64,000 nucleotides of DNA from Chiloscyllium plagiosum (lineage: Eukaryota). Below, piece by piece: positions 25,663-38,509 of this stretch. The notes under the pieces were generated by a model. It had not been told where the DNA came from. It saw only the letters and a list, made by a program, of their open reading frames with translations, and ran no database searches. How positions within the stretch are numbered: the first letter of the stretch is position 1; the number at the start of each line of letters is the position of its first letter. A program made the position numbers and the translations under genes. The stretch lies in the NCBI RefSeq assembly GCF_004010195.1, contig NC_057719.1, forward strand, positions 19,539,562 through 19,603,561, given 5' to 3'.

Positions 25663-26695
25663 TACATTTTCAAATTGACACAAACAGAAATAACGAATGT
25701 GACAATAGATATCGCTGGAGTTTGATATTAAAGGGTTACTTTTGTAAAGAACACGCTTTTGTTTTCTTTCATTGTTTTCTAAGTAAGTTCTTTATTAATA
25801 CGACCCAGAAGCATTACCCAAGAACTTAACTGCTCTCTGACAGAGAGCGTACATAAGAATCACTGCTGTTTAAACCTATCTTATACAACTTTGGAAAATG
25901 ATCAATCCATTACCAATCATAAAATTCACAACTTTCACTGGCCACAAAAAAAGATTTTTAAGATTTTAACTATATTACGCTTCAATTGAAAAATGTAGCT
26001 CATTAATTCAAAATTTAAAAAACCAATTACAAAGATTTCTGGAGTGAAAGAAAGGGAAATGATAATGCTTACTATACTCAAGAAAAATAATCAAATATAA
26101 TATCAAACAGGTACACACAAACATTTTAAAAAGAATCTAGGGCTAAAAGGAGGTCACAGAATATATAGTTTAAAAAGTCCTGAAAGTCTTTGAGATGCTT
26201 GAATTAAATTAAGTTATTTCATTAACGATTTGCAACCTCATCAGTGGCAACAATAGTAGATACATTTGAGTTATTTGTGAATGGGTGTTACTCCAATTTA
26301 CTCTGTCACTGGATACGATCATTCAAGAGGCCGAGAGAAGGAGAGAGTAAGTGTCTTCCAGTTCTCCTGTTATAAATTCATTCTTTTCCTCCATCTACAC
26401 TGCGCAGAAACAGTTGCCTAAAGTACAGTTAAGTTACTCATTGTTTTTTGTAAACTAGGTAATCTGTAGGTGCGTCTTTCATCCCAGTGTGTGAAACTTT
26501 CAGAAAGGTGGAAGTCAAGCAAGTGATACAAATTTAATTAACTGGTTTTGGTCATTGTGATGACAAGATCATTTTAGTGCAAACTGGAAACCTATTTGTT
26601 GATTGTTTAATGAGCATGGCTCAACCTTAGCAGGTGATCATTGTGGCAACGATACGTTAGAGTTTATTCTTTTTAAACCATTTCAATTCATGAAA

Positions 26696-27072
26696 GGAGA
26701 AAGTGAGGAGTGCAGATGCTGGAGATCAGAGTCGGGAGTGTGGTGCTGGAAAAGCACAGCAGGTTAGGCAGCATCCGAGGAGCAGGAGAATCGAGATTTC
26801 AAGCATAAGCTCTTCATCCGGAATGAGGGGATGGCCCGAGGGGGCTAAAAGATAAATAGGAGGGTGGGGATGGGGGTAGGAGGGAGGTAGCTGAGAATGC
26901 GACAGGTAGATGAAGGTGCCAGATTGGAGAGGAGGGTGGGGCAGATAGGTGGGAAGGAAGATGGACAGGTCAAGAGGGCATTGCCAAGTTGGAAGGTTGG
27001 ATCTGGGATAAGGTGGGGGAGGGGAAATGAGGAAACTGGTGAAATCCACATTGATCCTGTGTGGTTGGAGGA
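26696..27072 (-). mobile_element. Penelope-like element 3' end (pLTR)
   Basis: Same pLTR as 2695-2790, with tail gtgaggagtgcagatgctggag; hammerhead core mutated to CGGAUGA. Confidence 0.85.
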
Positions 27073-27089
27073 TTCACCATTTGATAAGA

Positions 27090-28450
27090 TCATAGCCAAT
27101 CCTCTAACATTACCCCCTTGATGCCTTTAAAATCTAATAATTTATCTATATCTTTCATGAACATATTCAGTGTCTTGGCCTAAACAATCTTCTGTGGCAG
27201 AGAATTTTACAGGTCCATGACAATTGAGTAAAAACACTTTTCGTCACCTCAGTCCTAAATGGATACACCATATCCTAACTGTGTATCCCCTCATTCTAGA
27301 CTCCCATACCATGGAAAACATCCTCCCAGTTTCAAGTATGCCCAGCCCTGTTAGAATTTTATGTTTCAATCAGATCTCCTTTTATCCGTCTGAACTCCCC
27401 AATTAACATATGTTCAAATGAATCAAGTTCTCCTCCAAGACAGTCCTACCATCTCCAGTACTAGCCAACTGAACTCTGCACTCCCTCTAAGGCAAGTATA
27501 TGACTTCTTAGGTTGGGAAACTAAAACTCCATGCAATATCCCAAGTGTGGTCTCACTAAGCCCCTTTCTAACTGCAGTAAGCCATCCCTAATTCTGAACT
27601 CAATTCCTTTTGCAATGAAAACCAATATGCTGTTTGCTTTTCCACTTGCATGCTGCACCTGCCTGTCTACTTTCATTAACTGATGTACAAAGACACCCAG
27701 ACTTCTTTGTGCATCAACACTTCCCAATATATCGCTATTTAAATAGTGCTCTTCTTTTCTGTTTATCAGTGTGCAATATTTAGCACATTGTACTGCATCT
27801 GCCATGTATTTGCCCATTCATTTAACTTGTCTAAATCACCTCAAAGTCTCATCCTGACAATTCACAGTTCCACCCAGTTTTTTTGTCGTAAGAAAACTTG
27901 AAAATGTTGTATTTGTTTCTTTTGTCCAGATAATTTATATATATAATGAATAGCTGGGTCCAAGATGTAATCCTGTGGTCACCCACTAGTCACCGTCTGC
28001 CCCTTAGGTAACAGAGTCATCAAGATGTACAGCACGTAAATAGAACTACCGATCCAACTTATCCAAGCCGACCAGATATCCTAAAGTAATCTAGTCCCAT
28101 TTACCAGCGCTTGGCCCATATCCCTCAAAGATCCATTTACTCCCAGGCTCTGTTTCCTGCCTGTCAACCAATTTTCAATCCACACTAATATATTACCCCG
28201 CATCCTATATGTTTTACCTTTCCCAACCAACCTCCTATAAGGGACCTTATCAAAAGCCTTCTGAAAAGGCTTCCAAATACATCAGATTCACTCGCTTTCC
28301 CTTATCTACCTTACGAGTTATATCCTCAAAAAAAACTCCAGTTGATTTGTTAAGCCTGATTCGTACTTCACAAACCCATATGGCTTTGTCCAATCTGTTA
28401 ATACTTTCCAAATGCTTTGTTTTCACATCTTTTATAACTGACTCCAGCTT
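27090..28450 (-). mobile_element. Older CR1 LINE RT fragment with a small nested CR1 tail (~28010-28130)
   Basis: LVRPHLGYC, KANSILVFIAKGIEF and VNLMYLEAF motifs in ORFs 27521-27817 and 28250-28462. Confidence 0.8.
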
Positions 28451-28494
28451 TTTCCCACTCAATCCTAGAATCTCCCCACAAGAGGAAACAACCT

Positions 28495-31400
28495 AGAACC
28501 ATAGGGTAATAGTGTCACAGAGTTGTACAAAATGGAAACAGACCTTTCAGTCCAACTTGTCCGATCACTTATCTTCGATTAATCTCGTCCCATTGCCAGC
28601 ATTTGGCACATATCCCTCTAAACCCTTCCTATTCATGTGTCCAACTAGATGCCTTTTAAATATTGTAATTGCACCATCTACTACCACTTGCTCTGCCTGT
28701 TCATTCCATACACACACCACACTCTATATGAATAGTTAGCCCTTAGATTCCTTTTATACATTTTCTCTCTAACCTTAAACCTATGCCCTTTAGTTTTGGA
28801 TTCTCCTATGGTACAAAAAAGACCTTAACTATTCACCCTATGCCACTCATGACTTTATAAATCTCTATAAGATTACCCTCAGCCTCCAATTCTCCAAGGA
28901 AAATAGCCCCAGACTATTCAGCCTCTTCCTATAGCTCAAACCCTCCAACCCTGACAACATCCTTGGAAATTCTTTTTGAACCCTTTCAAATTTAACAACA
29001 TCATTCCTGTATCAAAGAGACCAGAATTAAATGCAGTATTCCAAAAGTGGCCTATACAATGTCCTGTACAGATGCAACATGACATTCCAACTCCTATACT
29101 CAGTGCATGGGCCAGTAAGTGTACCAAATGCCTTTTTCATTATCCTGTCTACCTGTGACTCTACCTACAAGGAGCTATGAATCTGTACTCTTTGTTCAAC
29201 AACACTCCCCAGTGTTAAATATATAAGTCCTGCCATGATTGCCGTACCAAATGCAATACCTCACACTTATCTAAATTAAACTCCATCTGCCACACAACAG
29301 CCAATCGGCCCGTCTGATCCAGGTCCCTTTGTACTCTGAGATAACCTTCTTCACTGTCCACTACACCATCAATTTTGCTGGTATCTGCAAACCTACTAAC
29401 CATTCCTCCTAGATTCACATCCAAATTGTTTATATAAATGACAAAAAAGCAGTGGACCCAGCACCAATCCTTGCAGCACACCACTTGTCACAGGTCCACA
29501 GTCTGAAAAACAACCCTCCACCATCACCTTCTGTTTCTTACCTAAGCCAACTTTGTATCCAAAAGGCTAGCTCTCCCTGGATTCCATGTGATCTAATCTT
29601 ACTAAGCAGCCTATCATGCAGAACCTTTGTTGACCACCTTACTGAAGTCCATATACACAATGTCCACTGCTCTGCTTTCATCAATCCACCTTGCTAATTT
29701 TTTAACAAACTCAGTCAAGTTAGCAAGACATGAGTTCTCATGTTGACTATCCCATTCAGTCCTTGCCTTTCCAAATACATGTAGATGTCAAATAATGACA
29801 CTACAGTAACCACCCTCCAGTCTCCCAGCACCTCACCCATGGCTATTGATGATACATATAGCTTAGCAAGGGGCCTAGCAATCACTTCCTTAGCTTCCTA
29901 CAAATGTATGGGATACACCTGATCAGATCCTTGGGATTAATCCACCCTTATGCATTTTAAGATGTCCAGCATCTCCTCCTGTAAAATATGGACATTTTTC
30001 AAGATATCACTATTTATTTCTCCAAGATCTCTAGCCTCCATATCCTTCTCCATAGTAATTACTCATTTACGATCATACCCATCTCCTATGAATCCACACA
30101 TAGACAGCCTTGTTGGTCTTTAAGAGACCCTATTTTTTCCCAAGTTACTCTTTTGCCCTTGGTGTATTTGTAGAATCTCTTTGCATTCTCCTTAACCCTA
30201 TTTGCCAAAGCTATTTTATGTTACCTTTTTGCTCTTCTAATTTCTCTCTTGCATATACTCCTACTGCCTTTATACTCCCTGAGCGATTCACTTGATCCCA
30301 GTTGTCTATACCTGCCATATAGCATTGACCAGAGCCTCAATTTCTCTAATCCAGCATTCCCTACACCTACTAGCTTTGCCCTTCATACAAGCAGGAACAT
30401 ACTGCCTCTGGACTCTTGTTATCTCATTTTTGAAGACCTCCCACTTTCCATCCATCTCATTATCTGTGAATAGTCTCTACCAATCAACTTTTGAAAGTTC
30501 TTGCCTAAAGCTGTCAAAATTGGCCTGACTTCAATATAAAACTTTAATTTTTAGATCACACCTATTATTTTGCATAACTATTTTAAAACAAATAGATCAC
30601 TGATCCCAATGTGCTTCCCCACTGACACCTCAGTCAATTGCCCTGCCTAATTTCCCAATAGAATGTCAAGTTTTGCTACTTTTCTAGCAGGTTTATCCAC
30701 ATACTGAATAAGAAAATTTTCTTGTAATGCACTTAACAAATTCCTCTCCATCTAAGCCCTTAACACTAAGCCATTCCCAGTCCATGTTTGGCAAATTAGA
30801 ATCCTCTACCATTACACCTCTATTATTCTAACAGATATCGGAGATCTCCTTACAAATTTGCTTCTCAATTTCCCACTGACTATTGAGGGGCCTATAATAC
30901 AATCTCAATAAAGTGATCATCCCTCTCATATTTCCCAGTTCCACCCAAATAACTTCACTGAATGTACTCCCAGGAACATTCTCTCTAAGTATAGCTGTCA
31001 TGTCATTCCTAACCAGAAACACCACTCTGTCTCCTCTCTTGCCCTACCTTCGATCCTTCCTGTAGCATCTACACCCTGGAAATTTATGCTGCCAGTCCCG
31101 CCCTTCCCTGAACCACATTTCTGTAATAGCTATGGTATCCCAGTCCCATGTTCCCAACCATGCCCTGAGTTCATCTCCCTTACCTGCATTGAAATAAAGC
31201 CAGTTTAATTTCTTGGTCTTACCTTGTTCTCTGCCTTGCTCTTGCCTGCCTTGACTTTTGACTTACTCCTCTTCTTAACTGTACCAGCTTCAGACTTATC
31301 TCTTTTCTCAAAATCTCTTTGGGTCCCATCCACTCAACTCCCGACCACCCCCATCTCTTTTTACTAGTTTAAAGCCTCCTGAGTAACACTAGCACATCTC

Positions 31401-33000
31401 CCCATCATGATTTTAGTCCCCTTCCATTTCAGGTGCAAATCGTGTTTCTTGTACAGGTCACTTCTATGTCTGAAGAGATTTCAATGATCCAAAAATATGA
31501 ATCTCTGCACCCTCCACCAGTTCTTCAACCACACATTCATCTGCTCTATCCTCCTACTCCCACTCTCACTAGTTCATGGCACCAAGATTAATCCAGATAC
31601 TACTACCCTTGAATTTTTTTAACATCCTGCCTAGTTATCTGTATCCTCCCCTCAGAACTTCATCCTTTTCTCTTCTATGTCATTGGTACCAATGTGTACA
31701 ACAACCTCCTGCCGGTCACTCTCCCCTTTGAGAATATTCTGCACCCTCTTCAAGACATCCTTGATCCTGGCACCAGAGAGGGAACATACCACTCTGCCAC
31801 AGAAACATCTATCTGTGCTCCTGACTAGAGTCCCCTATCACAATCGATCACTTGGAACCTGATGTACCCCTCATTTCACGAATGGAAACCTAACTGTCAG
31901 TGCTACATTCCTCTGAGAGTCCATCACCCCCCACATTTTCCAAAAGAGCATACTTGTTTGAGATGGGGATAGCCACAGGAGACTACTGCTCTATCTGCTT
32001 ACTGTTATGGACCAGGCTAGACTCTCTCAAAACACTTTAGCAAGGTAGCCCAGACCCTACCTTTTCTAGTTGTTTCGGGCAGATTGTAAGGTGGATACTC
32101 CAGGAGTGATGCAGCTGGTCAAACCACTTGGGTCCAAGTAAAACAGAACTTATTTACATACCACTGAATGAAACACAAACAAAAGAAACAGAATTTAGGA
32201 TAACAACTATTTGAAAATCTGACCAATGTGATCTCCCTTGTAATTTAACAAAGAGCTATTCAATTTCGTGCAACATCTCATAAACAGACCCATTGACAAA
32301 AAGGTAAATTCAAACACAGGTTCTTACAGGAGAGAGAGAGACCACTGAAAGAATCAGCTAGGGATCATTTGCTGAAGCATTAAACCCCTTTTTGCTCCAG
32401 CAGCTTCTCTGTTCCCACCAGTTTCTAACTGCTACAACTCAATCAAACTAGAAAAATCCCTGAACTAGGAGAACTGGCCACTCCCCATTCATTGTATGAC
32501 TGCTTTTAGAAAAACCTAAAGGCCTCCCCCTGATTGTGGGGGCAATCTCTGGTAACCATGTCATCACCTCTACCTTTTACAACCCCTTTTGAAAAAAAAC
32601 CCAAGGACAACATAACTTTGTTAAAGGAGTAGCATCATCACACTACCTCTCCCACCTTTCCTAGAGGTAACCCATCTACCTGACTGTATCTGCGTTTTTT
32701 TTACCTTCCTGAAATTGTCATCCATTACACACCCTGGTTCTTGTAAATTCCTCATTGTCAACCGCGTGATTTAACAGGATTCACATCTAAACACACTTCC
32801 TGTACACATAATTATCAGGAACATTGAAATTCTCCCTAATATCCCATATCCGACAAGAAGAGCACATCACTCTACTAAAAGCCATCTCTGCACCTTAATC
32901 TGTAGAACCAGAAAATAGCAATCTTTCTGCTCTAAAAACACTGCTCTAGGATAACATAGTACTTCTGTTTTTTTTTAATTTAAAAAATAATATTTAATCA
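28495..33000 (-). mobile_element. Near full-length decayed CR1 LINE (ORF1 zinc finger and esterase; ORF2 endonuclease and RT)
   Basis: ORF1 start at 32885 (MAFSRVMCSSCRIW..NYVYRKC) and esterase motif VVVHIGTND at ~31679-31705. Endonuclease EVIWVEL..YYRP at 30828-31025; RT VSRFADT at 29215-29484; 3' tail at ~28500. Interrupted by a solo LTR; many stops and frameshifts. Confidence 0.88.
32003..32642. mobile_element. Solo LTR (family S) nested in CR1 ORF1
   Basis: tgttatggaccagg...gcatcatcaca; flanks ttac/ctac (4-bp TSD, 1 mismatch); reverse homologue of 16936-17546. Confidence 0.82.
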
Positions 33001-33086
33001 AGAGACAGATCTCAGCAAAACCTTGACCTATGCAAAATTAAATATCACACAACACCAGGTTATAGTCCAAAAGGTTTAATTGGAAG

Positions 33087-33121
33087 CACTAGCTTTCGGA
33101 GCGACGCTCCTTCATCAGGTG
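33087..33121 (-). ncRNA. Minimal type I hammerhead ribozyme (type C)
   Basis: CAC-CUGAUGA-A-GGAGC-GUC-GCUCC-GAAA-GC-UA^GUG: 3-bp stem I, 5-bp stem II, palindromic AGCU in place of stem III. Confidence 0.8.
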
Positions 33122-34413
33122 GTAGTGGAGGGCTCAATCATAACACAGAATTTATAGCAAAACTTTACAGTGTGATGTAACTGAAATTATACATTGAAAA
33201 ATTGATTGTCTGTTAAGCCTTTCATCTGTTAGAATACCATGATAGCTTCACTTCTTTCATGTGTAAATCACAAAACCTTTTTTTAAAAAGTTGCATTCTC
33301 AGGTTAGCTGGTAACAATGGTGATAGCTAGACAATATGTTGAAGGTGTTAGCCCCCTGTGTTCTCTGTCTATGCCATGATGTTTNNNNNNNNNNNNNNNN
33401 NNNNNNNNNNNNNNNNNNNNNNNNNNNNNNNNNNNNNNNNNNNNNNNNNNNNNNNNNNNNNNNNNNNNNNNNNNNNNNNNNNNNNNNNNNNNNNNNNNNN
33501 NNNNNNNNNNNNNNNNNNNNNNNNNNNNNNNNNNNNNNNNNNNNNNNNNNNNNNNNNNNNNNNNNNNNNNNNNNNNNNNNNNNNNNNNNNNNNNNNNNNN
33601 NNNNNNNNNNNNNNNNNNNNNNNNNNNNNNNNNNNNNNNNNNNNNNNNNNNNNNNNNNNNNNNNNNNNNNNNNNNNNNNNNNNNNNNNNNNNNNNNNNNN
33701 NNNNNNNNNNNNNNNNNNNNNNNNNNNNNNNNNNNNNNNNNNNNNNNNNNNNNNNNNNNNNNNNNNNNNNNNNNNNNNNNNNNNNNNNNNNNNNNNNNNN
33801 NNNNNNNNNNNNNNNNNNNNNNNNNNNNNNNNNNNNNNNNNNNNNNNNNNNNNNNNNNNNNNNNNNNNNNNNNNNNNNNNNNNNNNNNNNNNNNNNNNNN
33901 NNNNNNNNNNNNACACACACACACATGCACTGTCTCACACTCACAACCCCCAATCCAGACAGACACACATACACAGATAGACAAAGGCCCACAAGCACAC
34001 ATATATTTTGTGGGGTGAATTTGTACTTTCAGGGTTACATTGTACTTTTCTCAAAAACTGCATGCATTCATGTAGAACTTTGAACTCAAAAACTGCATGA
34101 AATCATGTAAAACGCCATTATCTCACTTTTTAGATTACAATCAATCTAAACATCATGGCATAGACAGAGAACACAGGGGGCTAACACCTTCAACATATTG
34201 TCTAGCTATCACCATTGTTACCAGCTAACCTGAGAATGCAACGTTTTAAAAAAAAGTTTTTGTGATTTACACATGAAAGAAGTGAAACTGTCATGGTATT
34301 CTAACAGATGAAAGGCTTAACAGACAATCAATTTTTCAATGTATAATTTCAGTTACATCACACTGTAAATTTTTGCTATAAATTCTGTGTGTTAGGATTG
34401 AGCCCTCCACTAC

Positions 34414-34448
34414 GACCTGATGAAGGAGCAACGCTCTGAAAGCTAGTG
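34414..34448 (+). ncRNA. Minimal type I hammerhead ribozyme (type C, second arm)
   Basis: GAC-CUGAUGA-A-GGAGC-AAC-GCUCU-GAAA-GC-UA^GUG; core intact, one G-U pair in stem II and one stem I mismatch. Confidence 0.72.
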
Positions 34449-34699
34449 TGCTTCCAATTAAACCTGTTGGACTATAACCTGGTTTTGTGTGATTTTTAAC
34501 TTTGTACACCCCAGTCCAATACCGGCATCTCCAAACTTGACCTATGCATTCTGTATTATTCAAACTTGTAATTTACTGCAGGAAAGTACATTGCAAACAG
34601 ATTCCCAAGTAGTTGTATTATTCCTTATTGTCAATTCTTTTAATTTACTTCTTGAATCAGGTTCTGTTTTTGAGTGTTGTAGAGTTTCTTTTTGGTTTT

Positions 34700-34870
34700 C
34701 TTGAGGCTGGCATTAGATAGATTTTTGAACAGTAAAGGAATTAAGGGTTCCAGTGCGCAGGTGGGTAAGTGGATCTGAGTCCGTGAAAAGATCAGCCATG
34801 ATCTTATTGAATGGCGGTGCAGGCTCGAAGGGCCAGATGGCCTACTCCTGCTCCTAGTTCTTATGTTCTT
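34700..34870 (+). mobile_element. CR1 LINE 3' tail
   Basis: tcagccatgatcttattgaatggcggtgcaggctcgaagggccagatggcctactcctgctcctagttcttatgttctt. Confidence 0.8.
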
Positions 34871-35139
34871 AAAATTCTTCATTATTGTCATTGTCCTGGA
34901 GTTTAAAAAGTCTATTTGATGCCGTTACTTTCTTGACTTTTCAGTTATCTCCCAACATTGATCCTATACTTGGATTTCTGCTTTTCTTACTCTATTTTCT
35001 GGTATTTAACAGAGGTTAAATAAAATTTCAGTTAACAGTTAGGGAGACTATCATTGTGTTTTTCTTGCATCCCTGGTGAAGAGCAAACAAAATCTGATTA
35101 AGCAACCCTTATACTTTCACCTCCCCCATCTCACATGAG

Positions 35140-35550
35140 ATCATAAGATGCAGGAGTAGGCCATTCAGCCCATCAATAGGATCCTGGTTGATTTGATCTT
35201 GGCCTCATCACCACTTCCTGCCTTGTTCTCCATGCTGCTTTACTCACTTGTCAATCAGCGTTGAATATGTTCAATGACCAACTTCTATTGCTCTCATGTA
35301 AAGAATTCCAGAGATTGACAACCCTTTGAGTGAGGAAATTCCTCGCCATATCCATCTTAAATGAAAGCTGCTTAACATTAAATAGTGTCCTCTGCTTCTA
35401 GATTCCCCAGTTAGAGGAAGCATCTTCTCAGAATCCACTCTGTCAAGTCTTTTAGGATCTTACATGTTCCAATAAGGTCATCTGTCAATATTCTAAATGC
35501 CATTGAATCTGCTCAACCTTTACTCAGAAGACAACACCTTCATCCCAGAA
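35140..35550 (-). mobile_element. CR1 LINE 3' fragment
   Basis: Reverse complement of the same tail family as 34700-34870, plus RT C-terminus. Confidence 0.7.
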
Positions 35551-37362
35551 ATCATTACAATTTACTTTTCTTTGCTGTCAATACTTTCATTGTCCTCTCA
35601 AATCCTATGATACTTTCAACCAGTGAGATGTGTTGAATTTTCTTTTCAATTTTCTCAATTCATCACAAAAAAAAGGACTGAATTCTTTTTTTACAAAGCT
35701 ATGCCTTTCTCCATTTAAAATTAAGTTACTTATTTTTACTGTAAGGAATAAGGAGCCAATCACAAGTTTCCTTGAGTTATGGAAAGAGCAATTTTACTAT
35801 CTGCTAAACCTGAGAAAACTAACAGAGATGGGATATCAAGTGTACAGCTTCCATGTAATCCCACACTGCCATGATCCCAGCTGAAGGTAATACTGGGCAC
35901 GTCAGCTCCAGAGTGAAACTTGGCTTCGTAACTTTTATTTTGGTTACAATGGTGGACTGTCATGGAACTTATTCACAGAAGACTGCCAATATACTTTTGA
36001 CAAATGAATATCAGTTTACTACATGCAAAAGAGGCAAAAATACAAACTACATTACATCATAGAAGAACTGTTTGAAACTCTTTTTATATCTGCTAGTGGC
36101 TTGTAAGTGGCCCTAGTTAGCCTTGAGAAGGTAGTGGTGAGCTGCCTTCTTGAGCCACTGCAGTCCACATGCTGTATGTTGAATCACAATGCCATTAGGG
36201 AGGGAATTCCAGGATTTTGATCTAGCAACAGTATGATATATTTTCAAATGAGGATGGTAAATGGCTACAGGGGAATATGCAGATGCTGGTATTCCCATGT
36301 ATCTGTATGTGCTGCCCTTGTTTCTTTAGATTGGAAGGTGCTGTCTAAGAATCTTTGGTGAATTTCTGCAGTTAATCTTGTAGACATTACATACAGCTGC
36401 TACTGAGTTAATGGTAGAGGGAATGGGTTGCTTTGTCTTGTATGGTGTCAAGCTTCTTGAGTGTTGTTGGAGCAGCATTCAACCAGGCAAGTGGGGAGTA
36501 TTACCTCACACTCCAGACATGTGCCTTGTATATGGTGGACAAGTGGGTTCAGGAGGTGGGTTGACCATCTCTTATAGCCAATCTGTTGCTAATGGTGAGT
36601 CCATTTTAGTTTCTGGCCAAAGGTAAGACCCAGAATGTTGATAGTGAGGGAATCAGTGGTGGCAACACCATTGAATGTCAAAGCAGTAGTAATATCGCCT
36701 CTTATTAGGGATGGTCATTGCCTGGCAATTGTGTAGCATTCATGTTATTTTTCACTTGTCAGCCCTAGCCTGGATATTGTTCAGATCTTGTTGCATTTAA
36801 ACATGGACTGCTTCAGTATCTGAGGAATTGTGAATGGCGCTGGACATTGTACAATCGTCAGTGAACATCCTCACTTCTGACCTTATGATGAGGGAGAATC
36901 ATTGATGAAGCAGTTGAAGATGATTGGGCCTAGGACAGCATCCTGAGGAACTCCTGCAGGGATGTCCTGGGGTTGAGATGACTGATCTTCTGATGTGCGA
37001 GGCATGAGTCCAACGTGATACCCATTGGTTTCAGTATTTCTCGGGCTCCTTGATGCCACACTTGATTGAATGCAGCCTTGATGTCAAGGGCTATCACTCT
37101 GACCTCACCTCTGGAATTCAGCTCTTTTGTCCATGTTTGAACCAAGGCTATACTGAGGTCAGGAGCTGAGTGTCCATGGTGGAAGCCAAACTGGGTGTCA
37201 CTGAGCAGGTTATTGCTGAGCAGGTTCTGCTTGATAGCACTGTTGCTGACACCTTCCATCACATTACTGATGATTGAGAGTAGACAAATAGGGCAGTAAC
37301 TGGCCAGGTTGGATTTGTCCAGCTTTTTGTGTACAGGACATATCTAGGAAATTTTCCACATT

Positions 37363-37505
37363 AATAACAAAAAAAAACAAAGACTGAAAATCAGTGGCCG
37401 CTGGTAATCAGAAACAAAGAGAAATTGCTGGAAAAACTCAACAGGCCTGGCAGCCTCTGTGGAGAGAAAGTGGAGATAATGTTTTAGGTCCAGTGACCCT
37501 TTTTC
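37363..37505 (-). mobile_element. Short PLE pLTR fragment (type B) with TSD
   Basis: 13-bp TSD aattttccacatt at 37350-37362 and 37506-37518; homologous to the reverse complement of 51990-52120. Confidence 0.75.
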
Positions 37506-37531
37506 AATTTTCCACATTGTCAGGTTGATTT

Positions 37532-37559
37532 CTGATGAAGAGCTTATGCTCGAAACGTC
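37532..37559 (+). ncRNA. Minimal hammerhead core (type A) in pLTR fragment 37528-37622
   Basis: CUGAUGA-A-GAGC-UUAU-GCUC-GAAA-CG-UC. Stem II shows the compensatory change GAGC/GCUC versus GGGC/GCCC in other copies. Confidence 0.72.
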
Positions 37560-38509
37560 AATTCTTCTGCTTCTCAGATGCTGCCTGACCTGCTGCGATT
37601 TTCCAGCACTGCACTCTTGACTTGCACCTGTACAGGAAGAGCTTGGCTCGGAGAGTGGCAAGTTCTGGGGTAAAAGTCATCAGCATTGTTGCCGGAATGT
37701 TGTCAGGGCCCGTTCCCTTTTCAGTATCAAGTGCCTCCAACTGTTTTTTGATATCATGTGGAGTGAATTGAATTGGCTGAAGACTGTTACTTGTAATGCT
37801 GGGAACTGTAATACTGGAGGAGGCCGAGATGGATCATCCACTCAGCATTTCTGTGGAAAATTGCTGAGACTACTTCAGCCTTATCTTTTGCACTGATGTG
37901 CTGGGCTCTTCTTTCATGGAGGGATAGTTGTGGTGGCTCCTCTTCGAGTGAGTTGTTTGTCAACCACTACTCACAGCTGGATGCAGTGGAATCGCAGAGC
38001 TTGATTCTGATCCACTGGTTGTGGGATTGCTTAGCTCTGTCTATCACTCACTGGCCTGTTTGGTAGCTTCTCCAGGTTACCATCTCATTTTTAGGTTAGT
38101 CTGGTGCTGCGCCTGGCAGCATGTTATTATTTCAAATATCATAAATATTTAACCTTCTTACCTTTAATGACAACCTTCCATGTACTCAAACCTCAGTGAA
38201 AAGCCTTCTTTCCACTTTAAAGTTTCTTCTTCCATTGACAGTTGTTTTTGGCTTCTTTCTGGCAAACATCTCTACACATTCAATGTCTGTTCATTAATAT
38301 CCCTCCATGAGACCCTTAAACAAACTGCTGACTCATCTCATTTATCTCTTTATATGGATTCCTTAAAATTGTCTTTCTAGACTTTTGTTTCTAGAGCTCT
38401 CATCTTACTGGCAATAAGCCACTGAGGGCTTCTTTTCTCCTACCCTGACTGATCAGGGGACTGCAAAATTGCTCTGCTGTTATTATGTTTTTTTTCCCCT
38501 GAATGACGA

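Larger units (their letters stand above)
33035..34535. mobile_element. PLE-type insertion with long inverted terminal repeats (type C), spanning a gap
   Basis: 33042-33384 is the reverse complement of ~34149-34495. A 13-bp TSD cttgacctatgca lies at 33022-33034 and 34536-34548, and each arm carries a hammerhead core. Confidence 0.85.
36110..38122 (-). mobile_element. CR1/L2-group LINE (family 2) RT region with nested PLE fragments
   Basis: ORF 36930-37262 QFGFHHGHSAPDL..LVQTWTKELNSRGEVRVIALDIKAAFNQVWHQG; LDTEKGTGPDNIPA at ~37690-37740. Confidence 0.85.

Noticed and set aside
26220..26352. Plus-strand donor gagaga|gtaagt with open frames upstream
   Set aside because: No clear acceptor or recognisable peptide.
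31679..31705. SGNH esterase motif (VVVHIGTND) as a possible extra PLB1 exon
   Set aside because: It belongs to CR1 ORF1, in the expected position between the zinc finger and the endonuclease; the shared fold with PLB1 is coincidental.
33299..34083. Long ORFs over N runs (also 62595-63503)
   Set aside because: Artefacts of translating assembly gaps.
35630..35890. Plus-strand ORF or possible exon NKEPITSFLELWKEQFYYLLNL..
   Set aside because: No family recognised and no partner exons found.
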